This document shows positions 9,001-19,270 of a stretch of DNA of 64,000 nt, one piece after another. The notes below the pieces were generated by a model that saw nothing but the letters and a program-made list of their open reading frames with translations, did not search any database and was not told the DNA's origin. This stretch comes from an uncultured Bacilli bacterium (GTDB taxonomy: Bacteria; Bacillota_I; Bacilli_A; RF39; UBA660), in assembly GCA_944358305.1 (NCBI GenBank), contig CALVQK010000003.1, positions 19,620-83,619 on the forward strand. The letters are read 5' to 3'. Made by a program: the position numbers and the translations under genes. Position 1 is the stretch's first letter. Each line of letters starts with the position of its first letter.

Positions 9001-10950
9001 TTAAAACTCAACATATCTATTAGTATTATAAATAGTACCATCTACTTCTACATAAATAGAGTATTTTCCATTAAGGCCATCTTCATTAATATATTTTGTT
9101 ACACTAATACCTTCTTTAGTTTCTTCTTCTGTAAATATATCAACACATAAAGCAGTATATGGTCTCTTACTTATAGAAACATTATAAATATTTTTAGTAC
9201 CATTTTTATAAAGAATAACATTAACATCAGTTCCTCTTTTAAATTTACCCGTAAATACTAATCTATCAACTTCTTTAGTAATACTGATATTATGTTCTTC
9301 TTCTATATCTTTAAAATCTTTGCTATTTAAAATAAACCCTAACTCACTATTAGTAACTTCAGTCTCACCTAAACTACCAACAGACTCTGCCTTATCTAAA
9401 GTAAAGTTTTCATTTAGAGGATATAAACCCATCTTTTCAACTCGATAATTATTAGTAGGTAAAACTAGTTCAAAGATAACTTCCCCATCTTTATATTCTA
9501 CAGTATCACTGACTAAACGATCCGCACCACTAATTCCTGCTGGTTGATTAGAATTCTTTCCGTCTACATAAACAATACCACCAGAATGAATTATATAATG
9601 GTCACTATCTAAATAATCAACATCAGATATATATGGAGAATAAAATTCACTACCACGTTCTTTTCCATATTCAAATACTTGCTCAATAGTCATTTCTTCT
9701 GTATCTATCTTATACATAACACCACGAGAATAACTGTCTTCTGCAGGAACATACTCATCTTCATTCTTAGATTTATTATTACCATTATCAAAGATAAACA
9801 CATAACCTTCAGGTGTAATCATCGCAGCATGTTGACTCCATTGCCATTCAAAGTCATCTCCAACAGATGTAAAGAAATACTTCTGATATTCTTCGCTCCA
9901 GTTAGTAGAATCTCCTATTATCCAGTTTAAATCACCACTATCATAATCTATATTGATAACAGCATCTTGATGTCTACCAGATAAAGTTATAGAATTAGAC
10001 TCTTCATCATACCATACAGAATTATTATGAAACCAGTCATACTCTACCCAGTTTTCACTCTTACCATCTTCCATATTTAAGATATCTTTTAAATCAAAAG
10101 TCTTAACAACTTCACCAGTTTCCCTATCAAGTTCTACAATATAATCTTCTACAGTACCATCTCCACTAGTAAAATCATCACTAGCGACTAATAAATTACC
10201 ATTAGGCATCTCATAATAATCGTGATGATAACCACCAGGCAAACTATATTCTTTGTATATTTTACCTAACATATCCATCTCATATAAACCAGTCATATAA
10301 TAAGGACTATTAACTAATCTTTCTGTACTTAGCATCATATGTCCATTATCAAGTCTATTAACCTCCCAAATAGAGTTAATAGTTAAATACCATCTAACAT
10401 CACCGTTTACATCATATGCACACGTATAACCACCACTAGATGGTGTAAAGAAATATAAATCATTACTTAACTCATCTTTATTAGCATCAACAGAAATAGG
10501 TAAAATAAAATCATCTGGTAATGCTTCAGTAGTAATTGTAAATTCATGTCTTACATCCTCATATTCTACAACCACCGTATTATCTCTATCAGGATAAAGT
10601 CCATAAATAGGTAAATAATGTTCAGTTCCTTCATCAAAAGTATATTCATAAGTTGTAAGTTCATCATCACCTTCAATAGTAACTTTAGGACTAACGGACG
10701 TCTCAGTCTTAAAGATAATTAATGCTGTTAAAGGTGAAATATCATAAGGATTAACAATTACATCAGCATTATCAATATCTTTAAGTTCCGTAGGAAAGTC
10801 ATCCTCTAATTTACTTTCCTTTTCAATTAAACTACTAACAACTTTCACTTCTTTGCTATTAGTACTCATATTATTAAAAACTACTAAACACCCTATAGCA
10901 AGTATTAAAATAATAACTATAATTATAATAACAATTTTCTTTTTCTTCAT
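9001..10950 (-). CDS. Arylsulfotransferase (ASST) family protein, membrane-anchored
   Basis: N-terminal TM helix. Beta-propeller-type ASST motifs include GGYHHDYYEMPNGNLLV and WFHNNSVWYDEESNSITLSGRHQDAVINIDYDSGDLNWIIG. ATG at 10950 lies 7 nt after GGAGGA. Confidence 0.8.
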   Translation of the reverse strand: MKKKKIVIIIIVIILILAIGCLVVFNNMSTNSKEVKVVSSLIEKESKLEDDFPTELKDIDNADVIVNPYDISPLTALIIFKTETSVSPKVTIEGDDELTTYEYTFDEGTEHYLPIYGLYPDRDNTVVVEYEDVRHEFTITTEALPDDFILPISVDANKDELSNDLYFFTPSSGGYTCAYDVNGDVRWYLTINSIWEVNRLDNGHMMLSTERLVNSPYYMTGLYEMDMLGKIYKEYSLPGGYHHDYYEMPNGNLLVASDDFTSGDGTVEDYIVELDRETGEVVKTFDLKDILNMEDGKSENWVEYDWFHNNSVWYDEESNSITLSGRHQDAVINIDYDSGDLNWIIGDSTNWSEEYQKYFFTSVGDDFEWQWSQHAAMITPEGYVFIFDNGNNKSKNEDEYVPAEDSYSRGVMYKIDTEEMTIEQVFEYGKERGSEFYSPYISDVDYLDSDHYIIHSGGIVYVDGKNSNQPAGISGADRLVSDTVEYKDGEVIFELVLPTNNYRVEKMGLYPLNENFTLDKAESVGSLGETEVTNSELGFILNSKDFKDIEEEHNISITKEVDRLVFTGKFKRGTDVNVILYKNGTKNIYNVSISKRPYTALCVDIFTEEETKEGISVTKYINEDGLNGKYSIYVEVDGTIYNTNRYVEF

Positions 10951-11024
10951 AATATTTTCCTCCATTCACTCTAATTTTACATTATAAAACTATAGTAAGT
11001 AAATAAAACAACAGTTGAAAAAAC

Positions 11025-11735
11025 TCAACTATTAGTTGAGTCTAAACAATCATCTTCAAAACTTAAAGGAACTTCATAAGTAATAGTCTTATCATCAAGA
11101 CTAGTAGCATTTATCTCTAAGACTAACTGGTTATCTTTAAATAATTTACAACTGCTAGCATAATCATCAACTGTAAAATCAATACTATTAAGCAAACCAG
11201 AAAGAGTATCTACATCGCTACTATCACTTTCACAGCTACTAATCTTTGTTTTAGCATCTCCATTAACATCATAAAGATTACAACTTAAACTTTTATATTC
11301 AGTATCATCATCACTATTATTATAATCAATACTAGATATATAAATAGATGATTTATCAGGAGAAAAAGCTAGAACACCGCTAACATCAAAATCATTAGAA
11401 TCAGTCTCTAATACTTTAAACTCATAAGTCTCTTTATGAACGACAAAAAACACAAAAATTCCTATAATACAAATACCTAAAACTGTTATGGGAATAAATA
11501 CTTTCTTATTTAATCTTTTATTATCTTTAACACTACCCTCTAATAGTTCATCTATATTAACTTCGAATAACTCACTAATAGTTTTAAGAATAGCAATATC
11601 AGGAATACTTTTACCATTTTCCCATTTACTAACTGCTTGATAAGTAACACCTAACTTTTTAGCAAGTTCATCTTGAGTTAAATTATTATCTTTTCTAAGT
11701 TTTTTTATAAATTTACCAATTTTCTCTTGATCCAT
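11025..11735 (-). CDS. Membrane-spanning XRE-family HTH regulator
   Basis: N-terminus IGKFIKKLRKDNNLTQDELAKKLGVTYQAVSKWENGKSIPD is a Cro/C1 HTH. It is followed by one TM helix (VFIPITVLGICIIGIFVFFVV) and a roughly 130-aa extracytoplasmic domain. Confidence 0.8.
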   Translation of the reverse strand: MDQEKIGKFIKKLRKDNNLTQDELAKKLGVTYQAVSKWENGKSIPDIAILKTISELFEVNIDELLEGSVKDNKRLNKKVFIPITVLGICIIGIFVFFVVHKETYEFKVLETDSNDFDVSGVLAFSPDKSSIYISSIDYNNSDDDTEYKSLSCNLYDVNGDAKTKISSCESDSSDVDTLSGLLNSIDFTVDDYASSCKLFKDNQLVLEINATSLDDKTITYEVPLSFEDDCLDSTNS

Positions 11736-11831
11736 AGCATCACATTCTTCCTAAAAACTTATACTACTATTATAGCACATCTACAATTATTTCTAACGAA
11801 AAAAACAGTTGATATCATACAACTGTCTTTT

Positions 11832-12584
11832 TTACTTAACTTCTAATTCTATAGGACAGTGATCACTTCCAAACACTTCACTGTCTATTTTCATGTCCTT
11901 TACATTATCTATAAATCTATTTGACACTAAGAAATAATCAATTCTCCAACCAATATTTTTCTCTCTTGCTCTTCCCATATAACTCCACCAAGTATAAGTA
12001 TCAGTTTTATCTTTATATAGATAGCGATAAACATCAGTAAAGCCACCTTCTAATAGTCTTGTAAAAGCATCACGTTCTTCGATAGTAAAACCAGCATTAC
12101 CAACATTACCTTTAGGATTAGCAAGATCTATTTCTTTATGAGCAACATTAAAGTCTCCACAAACAATAACAGGCTTCTTCTTATCAAGACTATGTAAATA
12201 TTTAAGAAAATCTTCTTCCCAAGTCATCCTATAGGAAAGTCTTGACAAGTCTCTTTTGACATTAGGAACATATACACAAACTAAGAAAAAGTTATCATAT
12301 TCAAGCGTTATAACTCTACCTTCATGATCGTGCATATCAACATCTATTCCATATGCCACATCAAGAGGTTTAACTCTAGAATAAACTGCAACTCCAGAAT
12401 ACCCCTTCTTATCAGCAGTATTTAAATAAAAGTTATACCCTTCAGGTCTAAAAGGAATCTCACTTTCTATTGCCTTAACTTCTTGTAGACAGTAAACATC
12501 AGCATTAGTCTCTTTAAAGAAATCTTCAAAACCTTTCTTTAAACAAGCTCTAAAACCTGCTACATTAAAAGATACTATCTTCAT
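11832..12584 (-). CDS. xth: Exodeoxyribonuclease III
   Basis: Full-length match by eye to the ExoIII/APE1 family: MKIVSFNVAGFR, CLQEVK, GDFNVAH, SDHCPIELE. Confidence 0.9.
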   Translation of the reverse strand: MKIVSFNVAGFRACLKKGFEDFFKETNADVYCLQEVKAIESEIPFRPEGYNFYLNTADKKGYSGVAVYSRVKPLDVAYGIDVDMHDHEGRVITLEYDNFFLVCVYVPNVKRDLSRLSYRMTWEEDFLKYLHSLDKKKPVIVCGDFNVAHKEIDLANPKGNVGNAGFTIEERDAFTRLLEGGFTDVYRYLYKDKTDTYTWWSYMGRAREKNIGWRIDYFLVSNRFIDNVKDMKIDSEVFGSDHCPIELEVK

Positions 12585-12591
12585 ACCTCAC

Positions 12592-13596
12592 CTACTTACT
12601 GTTCATTGCCTGTAAAGCAGTTATCGCAACAACACCTACTATATCATTAGCATTACATCCACGTGATAAATCATTAACAGGCTTAGCAAGGCCTTGTGTA
12701 ACAGGACCATATGCTTTAGCTTTTGCAAGTCTTTCTGTAATCTTATAACCAATATTTCCTGCATCTAAATCTGGAAAAATTAAGACATTGGCCTTACCTG
12801 CCACCTTACTATTAGGAGCTTTACTCTTAGCAACCTCTGGAACTACAGCAGCATCAAATTGTAACTCTCCATCTAAATTAATATCCGGATATTCTTTCCT
12901 AGCCATTTCAACTGCTCTAACAACCTTATCAACATCAGCACATTTAGAAGAACCAAAAGTAGAATGAGAAAGATAAGCAACAACAGGTTCTTCTTCTACT
13001 AATAATTTAAATGTATTAGCACTCTCTTTTCCAATTTCTACTAACTCTTCACTAGTAGGATTTTGAATCATTCCACAATCAGAATAAACAAATACTCCAT
13101 TAGAACCATATTCACAATTAGGAACAACCATTAAAAAGAAAGCAGATGCAACTTTTGTATCTTTACTAGTTTTAATTATTTGTAAAGCAGGTCTTAGTGT
13201 ATCAGCACTACTGTGACAAGCTCCAGATACAACTCCATCAGCATAGCCATCTTTAACTAACATATTAGCAAAATAAACATAATCATTTAAAATAGTATTT
13301 CTTGCATCATCCAAACTAATACCCTTATGTTTTCTTAATTCATAATAATCATTAATTAACTTCTCACTATCACTAAAAGTATCAGGATCAATAATAGTAA
13401 TACCATTAATATCAATATTATTATCTTTAGCAAGACTTTCTATCTCGCTTTCCTTACCTATTAAAATAATATCAGCAAAAGCTTCTTTCTTTATAATAGA
13501 AGCAGCTTCTATTACTCTAACATCATTAGATTCAGGTAAAACAATTCTTTTATAATCATTCTTAACTCTATTCTTTATTTTATCAATAAATTCCAT
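12592..13596 (-). CDS. pta: Phosphate acetyltransferase
   Basis: About 330-aa Pta catalytic domain (RIVLPES.D.RVIEAA, SGACHSSADTLRPALQIIKT, NVLIFPDLDAGNIGYK, DLSRGC). ATG at 13596 follows GGAGAT. Confidence 0.9.
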   Translation of the reverse strand: MEFIDKIKNRVKNDYKRIVLPESNDVRVIEAASIIKKEAFADIILIGKESEIESLAKDNNIDINGITIIDPDTFSDSEKLINDYYELRKHKGISLDDARNTILNDYVYFANMLVKDGYADGVVSGACHSSADTLRPALQIIKTSKDTKVASAFFLMVVPNCEYGSNGVFVYSDCGMIQNPTSEELVEIGKESANTFKLLVEEEPVVAYLSHSTFGSSKCADVDKVVRAVEMARKEYPDINLDGELQFDAAVVPEVAKSKAPNSKVAGKANVLIFPDLDAGNIGYKITERLAKAKAYGPVTQGLAKPVNDLSRGCNANDIVGVVAITALQAMNSK

Positions 13597-13654
13597 CAAA
13601 TCATCTCCATAAATATTTTATCAAACACCTAACTCTAAGTCCATAAATTTTTCT

Positions 13655-13686
13655 TATGAGAAAAGTGCTACTTTTAAATAGCACTA
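13655..13686 (-). terminator. Terminator after the YfhO-family gene
   Basis: AGTGCTA / TAGCACT stem (13664-13670 / 13679-13685). On the minus strand it is followed by TTTTCTC. It overlaps the TAG stop. Confidence 0.5.
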
Positions 13687-16206
13687 TTTAACATTTTTTC
13701 TTTTTCTATAATAAACAAATTCAGTTCCTACAAACATTACTAAACCAACACAAGATATAACTAAACCCTCTTTAAAAAATGACGCTATATAAACAATTCT
13801 AATATTATGACTACCTTCATTTATCTTAAAACCAATAAAACTCTTATTAACAACTTCATAATCAGTTTTAACACCATCTACATATATTTCAAAGCCCTTA
13901 TCATATGGAATAGATAATTTAAAATAACCATCTTCTTTTACATTAATATTACCCTCGATAATATCACCTTTAGTCTTATCTCTATCAATAACAAAAGGAG
14001 ATATTTCATCATTAATAGATACTAAGTCATTATAATCATATAAAGCCATATCAAAGTCAGTTAATCTAAACTTACCCTCGCTACAAGTAATTTCTAAAGT
14101 ATCACTATTTAAAGAATATTCAAAATCATAATTATTATTATGATACTTCCATCTTCTACAACTAAGTTTATTACTAACTCCATTAATAGTAATATAAGAA
14201 TCATCTTCACTACACTTATTGTTATAAAGCATCTTAAATCTTAAAAGTACAATATCACTATCAACAATGTTATTTAACTTAACAACTAGCTTATTATCTT
14301 TAGAAGCTTTAATAGAATATTCTCCATTATCTTCTTCTATCTTTAAATTCTTACTTTCTAAAACATCATAATCTAGAACATAGTCTTTTACTTTTTTAAC
14401 ATAACTATAACTATAATTTCTATCAACAATAGCATAGTTCAAATAAGCATCTAACTTCTCAAAATAAGATAAACTATTATACTCATCTAAACTCATTATC
14501 TTACTAGTACTATAACCAACAGGTAAAACATCTTCATTTCTATAAATACCATCATCTATTTTCTCATAACCTAACATATTATTACTACTATTAAGTAAAT
14601 ACTTATTACCCATATAAAAGTTATATAAAATATTATTATTACCTGTAAGCATTCCATAACTTCTATAAATAAATTCATTATTAATTAAATTGTTATAAAA
14701 ATCTTTATAATAAGAATTAGATAAAGAAGAGTAAATACTACCCGTATAATAGTCAATATCATAAATATAATTAGATTTATCTAACTTAACACTTTGATCA
14801 CTCATTCTATAAAAACTATTATCATTATCTAATACATGCTTTACTTTATCACTAGTCTCTTCATAATTTAAACTATCATAAAACTCATTAGTTACAAAAA
14901 TTTCACTAAAGTTAGTAGGAATCACTAAGATAATTGAAAGAATACCAAGATAGACATAGATAATCATTTTCTTTTTAACTTTATAACTAACTAATAATAA
15001 AATAATTAAAATAAGCATATCAACAAAAAATAATAAACATAAAGACTCTTCTTTATAAAAATAAATAAACAAATTAATAACTACAATCAATAAAGAAATG
15101 ACTATACTTATTTTTAACTTCTTTTTATTATCAAAAACATTCTTAAGAAAATAACCAATTAAAAGAATTGCAAGTGGTAACAGTGGTATAAATGCTTTGC
15201 CATTTAAATACATTCCACCATTAAATATATAATCAAAAACAGGAAAAATTAATAAAATACTAAAGATTATACTAATAACTTTAACCTCTCTTTTTTTAGT
15301 AACAATTCCATATATCAAAGCAATTATAAAGATAGCACTAACTCCAAGAGAATATGTTGAATAAAGCGTATTAGAAATATCAAAATTAGGAATAAATAAA
15401 CTTAACAAAGAAATATTCTTGTTAGTAGCAGTTCTACCTCCAAATAAAGCCACTGCTGTAGGAAGTAATAAAACTGCAGAAATTAATACAGGTATTAACA
15501 TTATAAAAATAAACTTAAAACCTTCTTTAAAGAAATCTTTAACAGTAATTTTTTCATCTTTTTTATTTTCTATATATCTAAAAATACCATAAAGTAAAAC
15601 TGTCAAAAGCCCTACAACACTAAAGTAATAACTAGTTAAAATCATTAAAACAATAGATATAACTAAAAGAGAAATTTTCTTTTTATCAAAATATTTATCA
15701 ACACCTATTAAAGCCATAAGTAAAAAGGGCATATAATCTACAAACATAATATGACGATGAAAATGGAAAATCAAACATCCTGCCGTTAAAAATAGTAAAG
15801 TACTAACAAAACATATCTTTGAATCAAATCTTCTTCTCAAGAAATAATACATTAAAACAATACTTACTATTAAACAAACAATCATACTAAACTGTATATA
15901 AGTGATCATAGATACAAAAGGCAATAAATAAGAAATTAAAATAATCGGATTAAAAAGCCCATAATAAGATATATTATAGATATTTTGTCCCCCTCCAAGA
16001 TTAAAAGCAAAGTTGGGGAATATTTCTCCTGTATCATAGAATAATTTTCTTAAATAATCAGGAAACACAATATGTTGACTAAGCCAATCAACTTTTGAGC
16101 CAAAAAAATTAGTAAAATTAACAAGCATCAAAACAATAACTAAACTAATAATAATTAAAGTTAAAACGTTTATAATATCGTTTCTATGTTTACTAAACTT
16201 CTTCAT
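13684..16206 (-). CDS. YfhO-family polytopic membrane protein (GT-C-type glycosyltransferase-like)
   Basis: 840 aa with more than 12 predicted TM helices in the N-terminal two-thirds, a large C-terminal extracytoplasmic domain and a final TM. This architecture is typical of YfhO. Confidence 0.8.
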   Translation of the reverse strand: MKKFSKHRNDIINVLTLIIISLVIVLMLVNFTNFFGSKVDWLSQHIVFPDYLRKLFYDTGEIFPNFAFNLGGGQNIYNISYYGLFNPIILISYLLPFVSMITYIQFSMIVCLIVSIVLMYYFLRRRFDSKICFVSTLLFLTAGCLIFHFHRHIMFVDYMPFLLMALIGVDKYFDKKKISLLVISIVLMILTSYYFSVVGLLTVLLYGIFRYIENKKDEKITVKDFFKEGFKFIFIMLIPVLISAVLLLPTAVALFGGRTATNKNISLLSLFIPNFDISNTLYSTYSLGVSAIFIIALIYGIVTKKREVKVISIIFSILLIFPVFDYIFNGGMYLNGKAFIPLLPLAILLIGYFLKNVFDNKKKLKISIVISLLIVVINLFIYFYKEESLCLLFFVDMLILIILLLVSYKVKKKMIIYVYLGILSIILVIPTNFSEIFVTNEFYDSLNYEETSDKVKHVLDNDNSFYRMSDQSVKLDKSNYIYDIDYYTGSIYSSLSNSYYKDFYNNLINNEFIYRSYGMLTGNNNILYNFYMGNKYLLNSSNNMLGYEKIDDGIYRNEDVLPVGYSTSKIMSLDEYNSLSYFEKLDAYLNYAIVDRNYSYSYVKKVKDYVLDYDVLESKNLKIEEDNGEYSIKASKDNKLVVKLNNIVDSDIVLLRFKMLYNNKCSEDDSYITINGVSNKLSCRRWKYHNNNYDFEYSLNSDTLEITCSEGKFRLTDFDMALYDYNDLVSINDEISPFVIDRDKTKGDIIEGNINVKEDGYFKLSIPYDKGFEIYVDGVKTDYEVVNKSFIGFKINEGSHNIRIVYIASFFKEGLVISCVGLVMFVGTEFVYYRKRKNVK

Positions 16207-16215
16207 AGGTCCCCC

Positions 16216-17289
16216 TTAATTAATTGAAATACTACTATTTAATGGTACTACTTGTATCATTGTATTACCATCACTAACAACTAACTCATTACCACCATAA
16301 TAATAATGAGTCTTACCACTTCTAGAATCTTTACTCCAAGTAATAGGTATAGCATAACCATTAGTAATGTAATATCCTTCCCCATTACCTACAGTATCTA
16401 AATCTTGTCTACCATAACTATCAAGTGTACTATTATTAACTTTCATAATAATTATATTCTTATAATGATATTGTACCCCACTATCTCTATCAGTATGCGG
16501 ACTATTATTCATATAACGTAAATAATATCTATTAGTAGAATCATAAGTATAACTTCTAACCTGACTATAAGAATAAGTCATACTGATATTATTGGCAGTT
16601 AACAAGTCACTTGTAGCATTAAAATTAACATCATCAGGAGTATAATTCAAAAGACTATAATTATCACTAGTAGTACTATAACCTTTACTTCCTGCAACAT
16701 TATATAAATCTTCTATACTCGTAAAAACATTATGAGGTGCTGCAATATTGTAATTACGATAATACCCACTATCATAAAGACCATTTATATTATTAACACC
16801 TAAAGATCTAATATCATTTTGGGCAAAAGTACTCCATCCATAATGAGCATATATAGCATCACTCTCTAACGCATAATCTAAAAAATAATGTCTACTACTA
16901 CGAACTGGTCCAATAACACTAGTATTAACATCTTTAAAAATAGCCATTATCCTGGTTAGTCCACCTTCAACAATAATTTCATATGTTAAATAAGCATCTT
17001 GTAACCCTACATGAGCATTATTACCTACATTATTATCAATCATAACAGCTATAGGACGTCTATTACTATTAACATCATAAACAGTTAAATCTTTTTTCTC
17101 TACTGTCGTCGCATCATCGATTTTCACATCTCCTTTTTTCTTAGAATCATCATTCATAGACAATAAAAAGTAAAAAAGTCCTGTTAATAACAAAAGCCCT
17201 AAAACACTAATAACTGTAATTATAATTATCTTCTTTTTATTATTCTTAGGTTTAATTCTAACTTCTCCTAAAGACTTTGGTTTTCTCAC
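16216..17289 (-). CDS. DUF3048 (YerB-like) domain protein, paralog 1
   Basis: Core RPIAVMIDNN...GLQDAYLTYEIIVEGGLTRIMAIF...GPVRSSRHYFLDYA. Probable GTG start at 17289, 5 nt after GGGTGG; the ATG at 17316 has no RBS. N-terminal TM anchor. Confidence 0.75.
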   Translation of the reverse strand: MRKPKSLGEVRIKPKNNKKKIIIITVISVLGLLLLTGLFYFLLSMNDDSKKKGDVKIDDATTVEKKDLTVYDVNSNRRPIAVMIDNNVGNNAHVGLQDAYLTYEIIVEGGLTRIMAIFKDVNTSVIGPVRSSRHYFLDYALESDAIYAHYGWSTFAQNDIRSLGVNNINGLYDSGYYRNYNIAAPHNVFTSIEDLYNVAGSKGYSTTSDNYSLLNYTPDDVNFNATSDLLTANNISMTYSYSQVRSYTYDSTNRYYLRYMNNSPHTDRDSGVQYHYKNIIIMKVNNSTLDSYGRQDLDTVGNGEGYYITNGYAIPITWSKDSRSGKTHYYYGGNELVVSDGNTMIQVVPLNSSISIN

Positions 17290-17378
17290 GACTACCACCC
17301 AACTAAATTTTAGCATATTATAAAGAATAATTAAACTTTAAAGAAAAAGTTTCTAAAACTTGACAAAAAAGACTACAA

Positions 17379-18422
17379 TTAATTAATTGTAATCTCTCTA
17401 TCACTAGGCATAATTTGTATAAAAGTATTACCATCACTAACCTCTATTTCATCGCCATTACTATAAGAATAATAAGTCTTACCACTTCTAGAATCTTTCT
17501 CCCAAGTAATAGGCATCATATATCCATTAGTAATATAATAACCAACTCCCGTACCTACAGTATCTAAATCTTGTCTACCATAATCATCAAGAGTATTATT
17601 ATCTACTTTCATAATAATTATATTTTTATAATGATATTGCTCTCCACTATCTCTATCAGTATGAGCAATGCCATTCATATAACGAAGATAATAACCTTTT
17701 TCACTATCATAAGTATAACTTCTAACCTCACTATTTGAATAAGGAATCTCAACACTAGTTAAAGCCGTTCCTTCTAAACTACAATTATCGCCATCACAGT
17801 TTAATGCATTATCAGTTTTTTCTAAATCCACACTTTTAGCAACAAAGTTTAAATTCTCATAATCATTAGATGTAGTATCATAACCAAGCTCTTCAGCTTT
17901 TAAGTATAAATTATCAATACTAGTAAAAACATTATGGGGAGCTGCTATATTACTATCTCTATAAAATGCATCATCATAAAGGCCATTAATATTATCAACA
18001 CCTAAAGCTTTAATATCATTTTCAGCATATGTACTCCATCCATAATGAGCATATATAGCATCGCTCTCTAAAGCATAATCCAAAAAGTAATGTCTACTAC
18101 TTCTAACTGGCCCAATTACACTAGTATCTACATCTTTATAAAGAGCCATCATTCTAGTTAAGCCACCTTCAACAATGATCTCATAAGTTAAATAAGCATC
18201 TTGCAATCCTACTTGTTCATCATTATCTACATTGTTATCAATCATAACAGCAATAGGACGTTTATTACTATTAACATCATAAACACTTAATTCTTCTTCT
18301 TTTTCCACTAATGGTATATCATTACCAAGATAAATGAAATAATAGTAAGCTCCTCCTACTAAAGCTAATAAAAGAATAATAAATATAATAATAGCAATTC
18401 TTTTTCTCTTTTTCTTTTTCAT
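17379..18422 (-). CDS. DUF3048 (YerB-like) domain protein, paralog 2
   Basis: Same family as the neighbour, with a near-identical core (RPIAVMIDNN...LQDAYLTYEIIVEGGLTRMMALY...). N-terminal TM anchor. Confidence 0.8.
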   Translation of the reverse strand: MKKKKRKRIAIIIFIILLLALVGGAYYYFIYLGNDIPLVEKEEELSVYDVNSNKRPIAVMIDNNVDNDEQVGLQDAYLTYEIIVEGGLTRMMALYKDVDTSVIGPVRSSRHYFLDYALESDAIYAHYGWSTYAENDIKALGVDNINGLYDDAFYRDSNIAAPHNVFTSIDNLYLKAEELGYDTTSNDYENLNFVAKSVDLEKTDNALNCDGDNCSLEGTALTSVEIPYSNSEVRSYTYDSEKGYYLRYMNGIAHTDRDSGEQYHYKNIIIMKVDNNTLDDYGRQDLDTVGTGVGYYITNGYMMPITWEKDSRSGKTYYSYSNGDEIEVSDGNTFIQIMPSDREITIN

Positions 18423-18514
18423 GGGACTTCACCTCTTATTTAATTTTATCACAGTTTTACATCACTTAGTAGAACAATTTATCATAAAAGTCATAGATTA
18501 TATTAGGTGATTAT

Positions 18515-18946
18515 ATGTCTCAATTAGTTCAATATACAAGTAAAGAATTAGATTTGCTAGCAAGATTAATGCGAGCAGAAGCAGTAGGCGAAGGAGATTA
18601 TGGTATGCTTATGGTCGGTAATGTAGGAGTTAACAGAGTCCTTGCTAACTGTTATACTTTTAGAAATATAAATACAGTTACGCAAATGGTATTTCAAAAT
18701 CCAGGAGGTTTCGCTGGCATCAACAGCCCTCAATTCACATCAGGTTCCACTATCAAAGAAAGAGAACTAGCAGAAAGAACCCTAAGAGGAGAATATTACT
18801 ACCCTGCTACTAATGCTTTATGGTTCTATGCTCCTGGAAGAAATAGCAATTGTATTAGTACTTGGTATGATCAAGCCTTAGCAGGAAGATTTAAAAATCA
18901 CTGTTTTTATGCACCAGATCCTAATGTTTGTCCACCACTTCATTAA
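18515..18946 (+). CDS. cwlJ: Spore cortex-lytic cell wall hydrolase, CwlJ-like
   Basis: 143 aa. LLARLMRAEAVGEGDYGMLMVGNVGVNRV ... RFKNHCFY aligns along its whole length with the SleB/CwlJ Hydrolase_2 family, and its size matches CwlJ. Confidence 0.8.
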   Translation: MSQLVQYTSKELDLLARLMRAEAVGEGDYGMLMVGNVGVNRVLANCYTFRNINTVTQMVFQNPGGFAGINSPQFTSGSTIKERELAERTLRGEYYYPATNALWFYAPGRNSNCISTWYDQALAGRFKNHCFYAPDPNVCPPLH

Positions 18947-19006
18947 AAAATATTGTCAAAATAAAAGAACTTATGCTATAATTAATATGTTCTAGTAAGA
19001 ACCCAT

Positions 19007-19080
19007 AGGGGCGTGGTATAATGGTAGCATAGGAGTCTCCAAAACTTTTGATGGGAGTTCGATTCTCTCCGCCCCTGCCA
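19007..19080 (+). tRNA. tRNA-Trp (anticodon CCA)
   Basis: 74 nt. Acceptor AGGGGCG/CGCCCCT, anticodon stem GGAGT/ACTTT with loop CTCCAAA, T-arm GGGAG-TTCGATT-CTCTC, encoded 3' GCCA. The D-stem is weak (wobbles plus one mismatch). Confidence 0.85.
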
Positions 19081-19270
19081 TTTAGAATTATAAGTAGCAA
19101 TAGTGCTGCTTTTTATTTTTATCTAACAAGTTATCGATTTCATCTGAAATCTACTATATAAAAATTTTATCTTTCTTATTTTATTTAAATAGACATAACT
19201 TAACATAAAATCGATCTTATTAACTTGCTTTCTTTTAATATAAAACCTACAATTAAGATGGAGGTAGAAT

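Noticed and set aside
19007-19080. tRNA-Trp as the attachment site for the integrase at 2837
   Set aside because: The two are 15 kb apart and separated by a continuous block of housekeeping genes. I saw no repeat of the tRNA 3' end. The integrase's element more probably extends leftwards out of the window.
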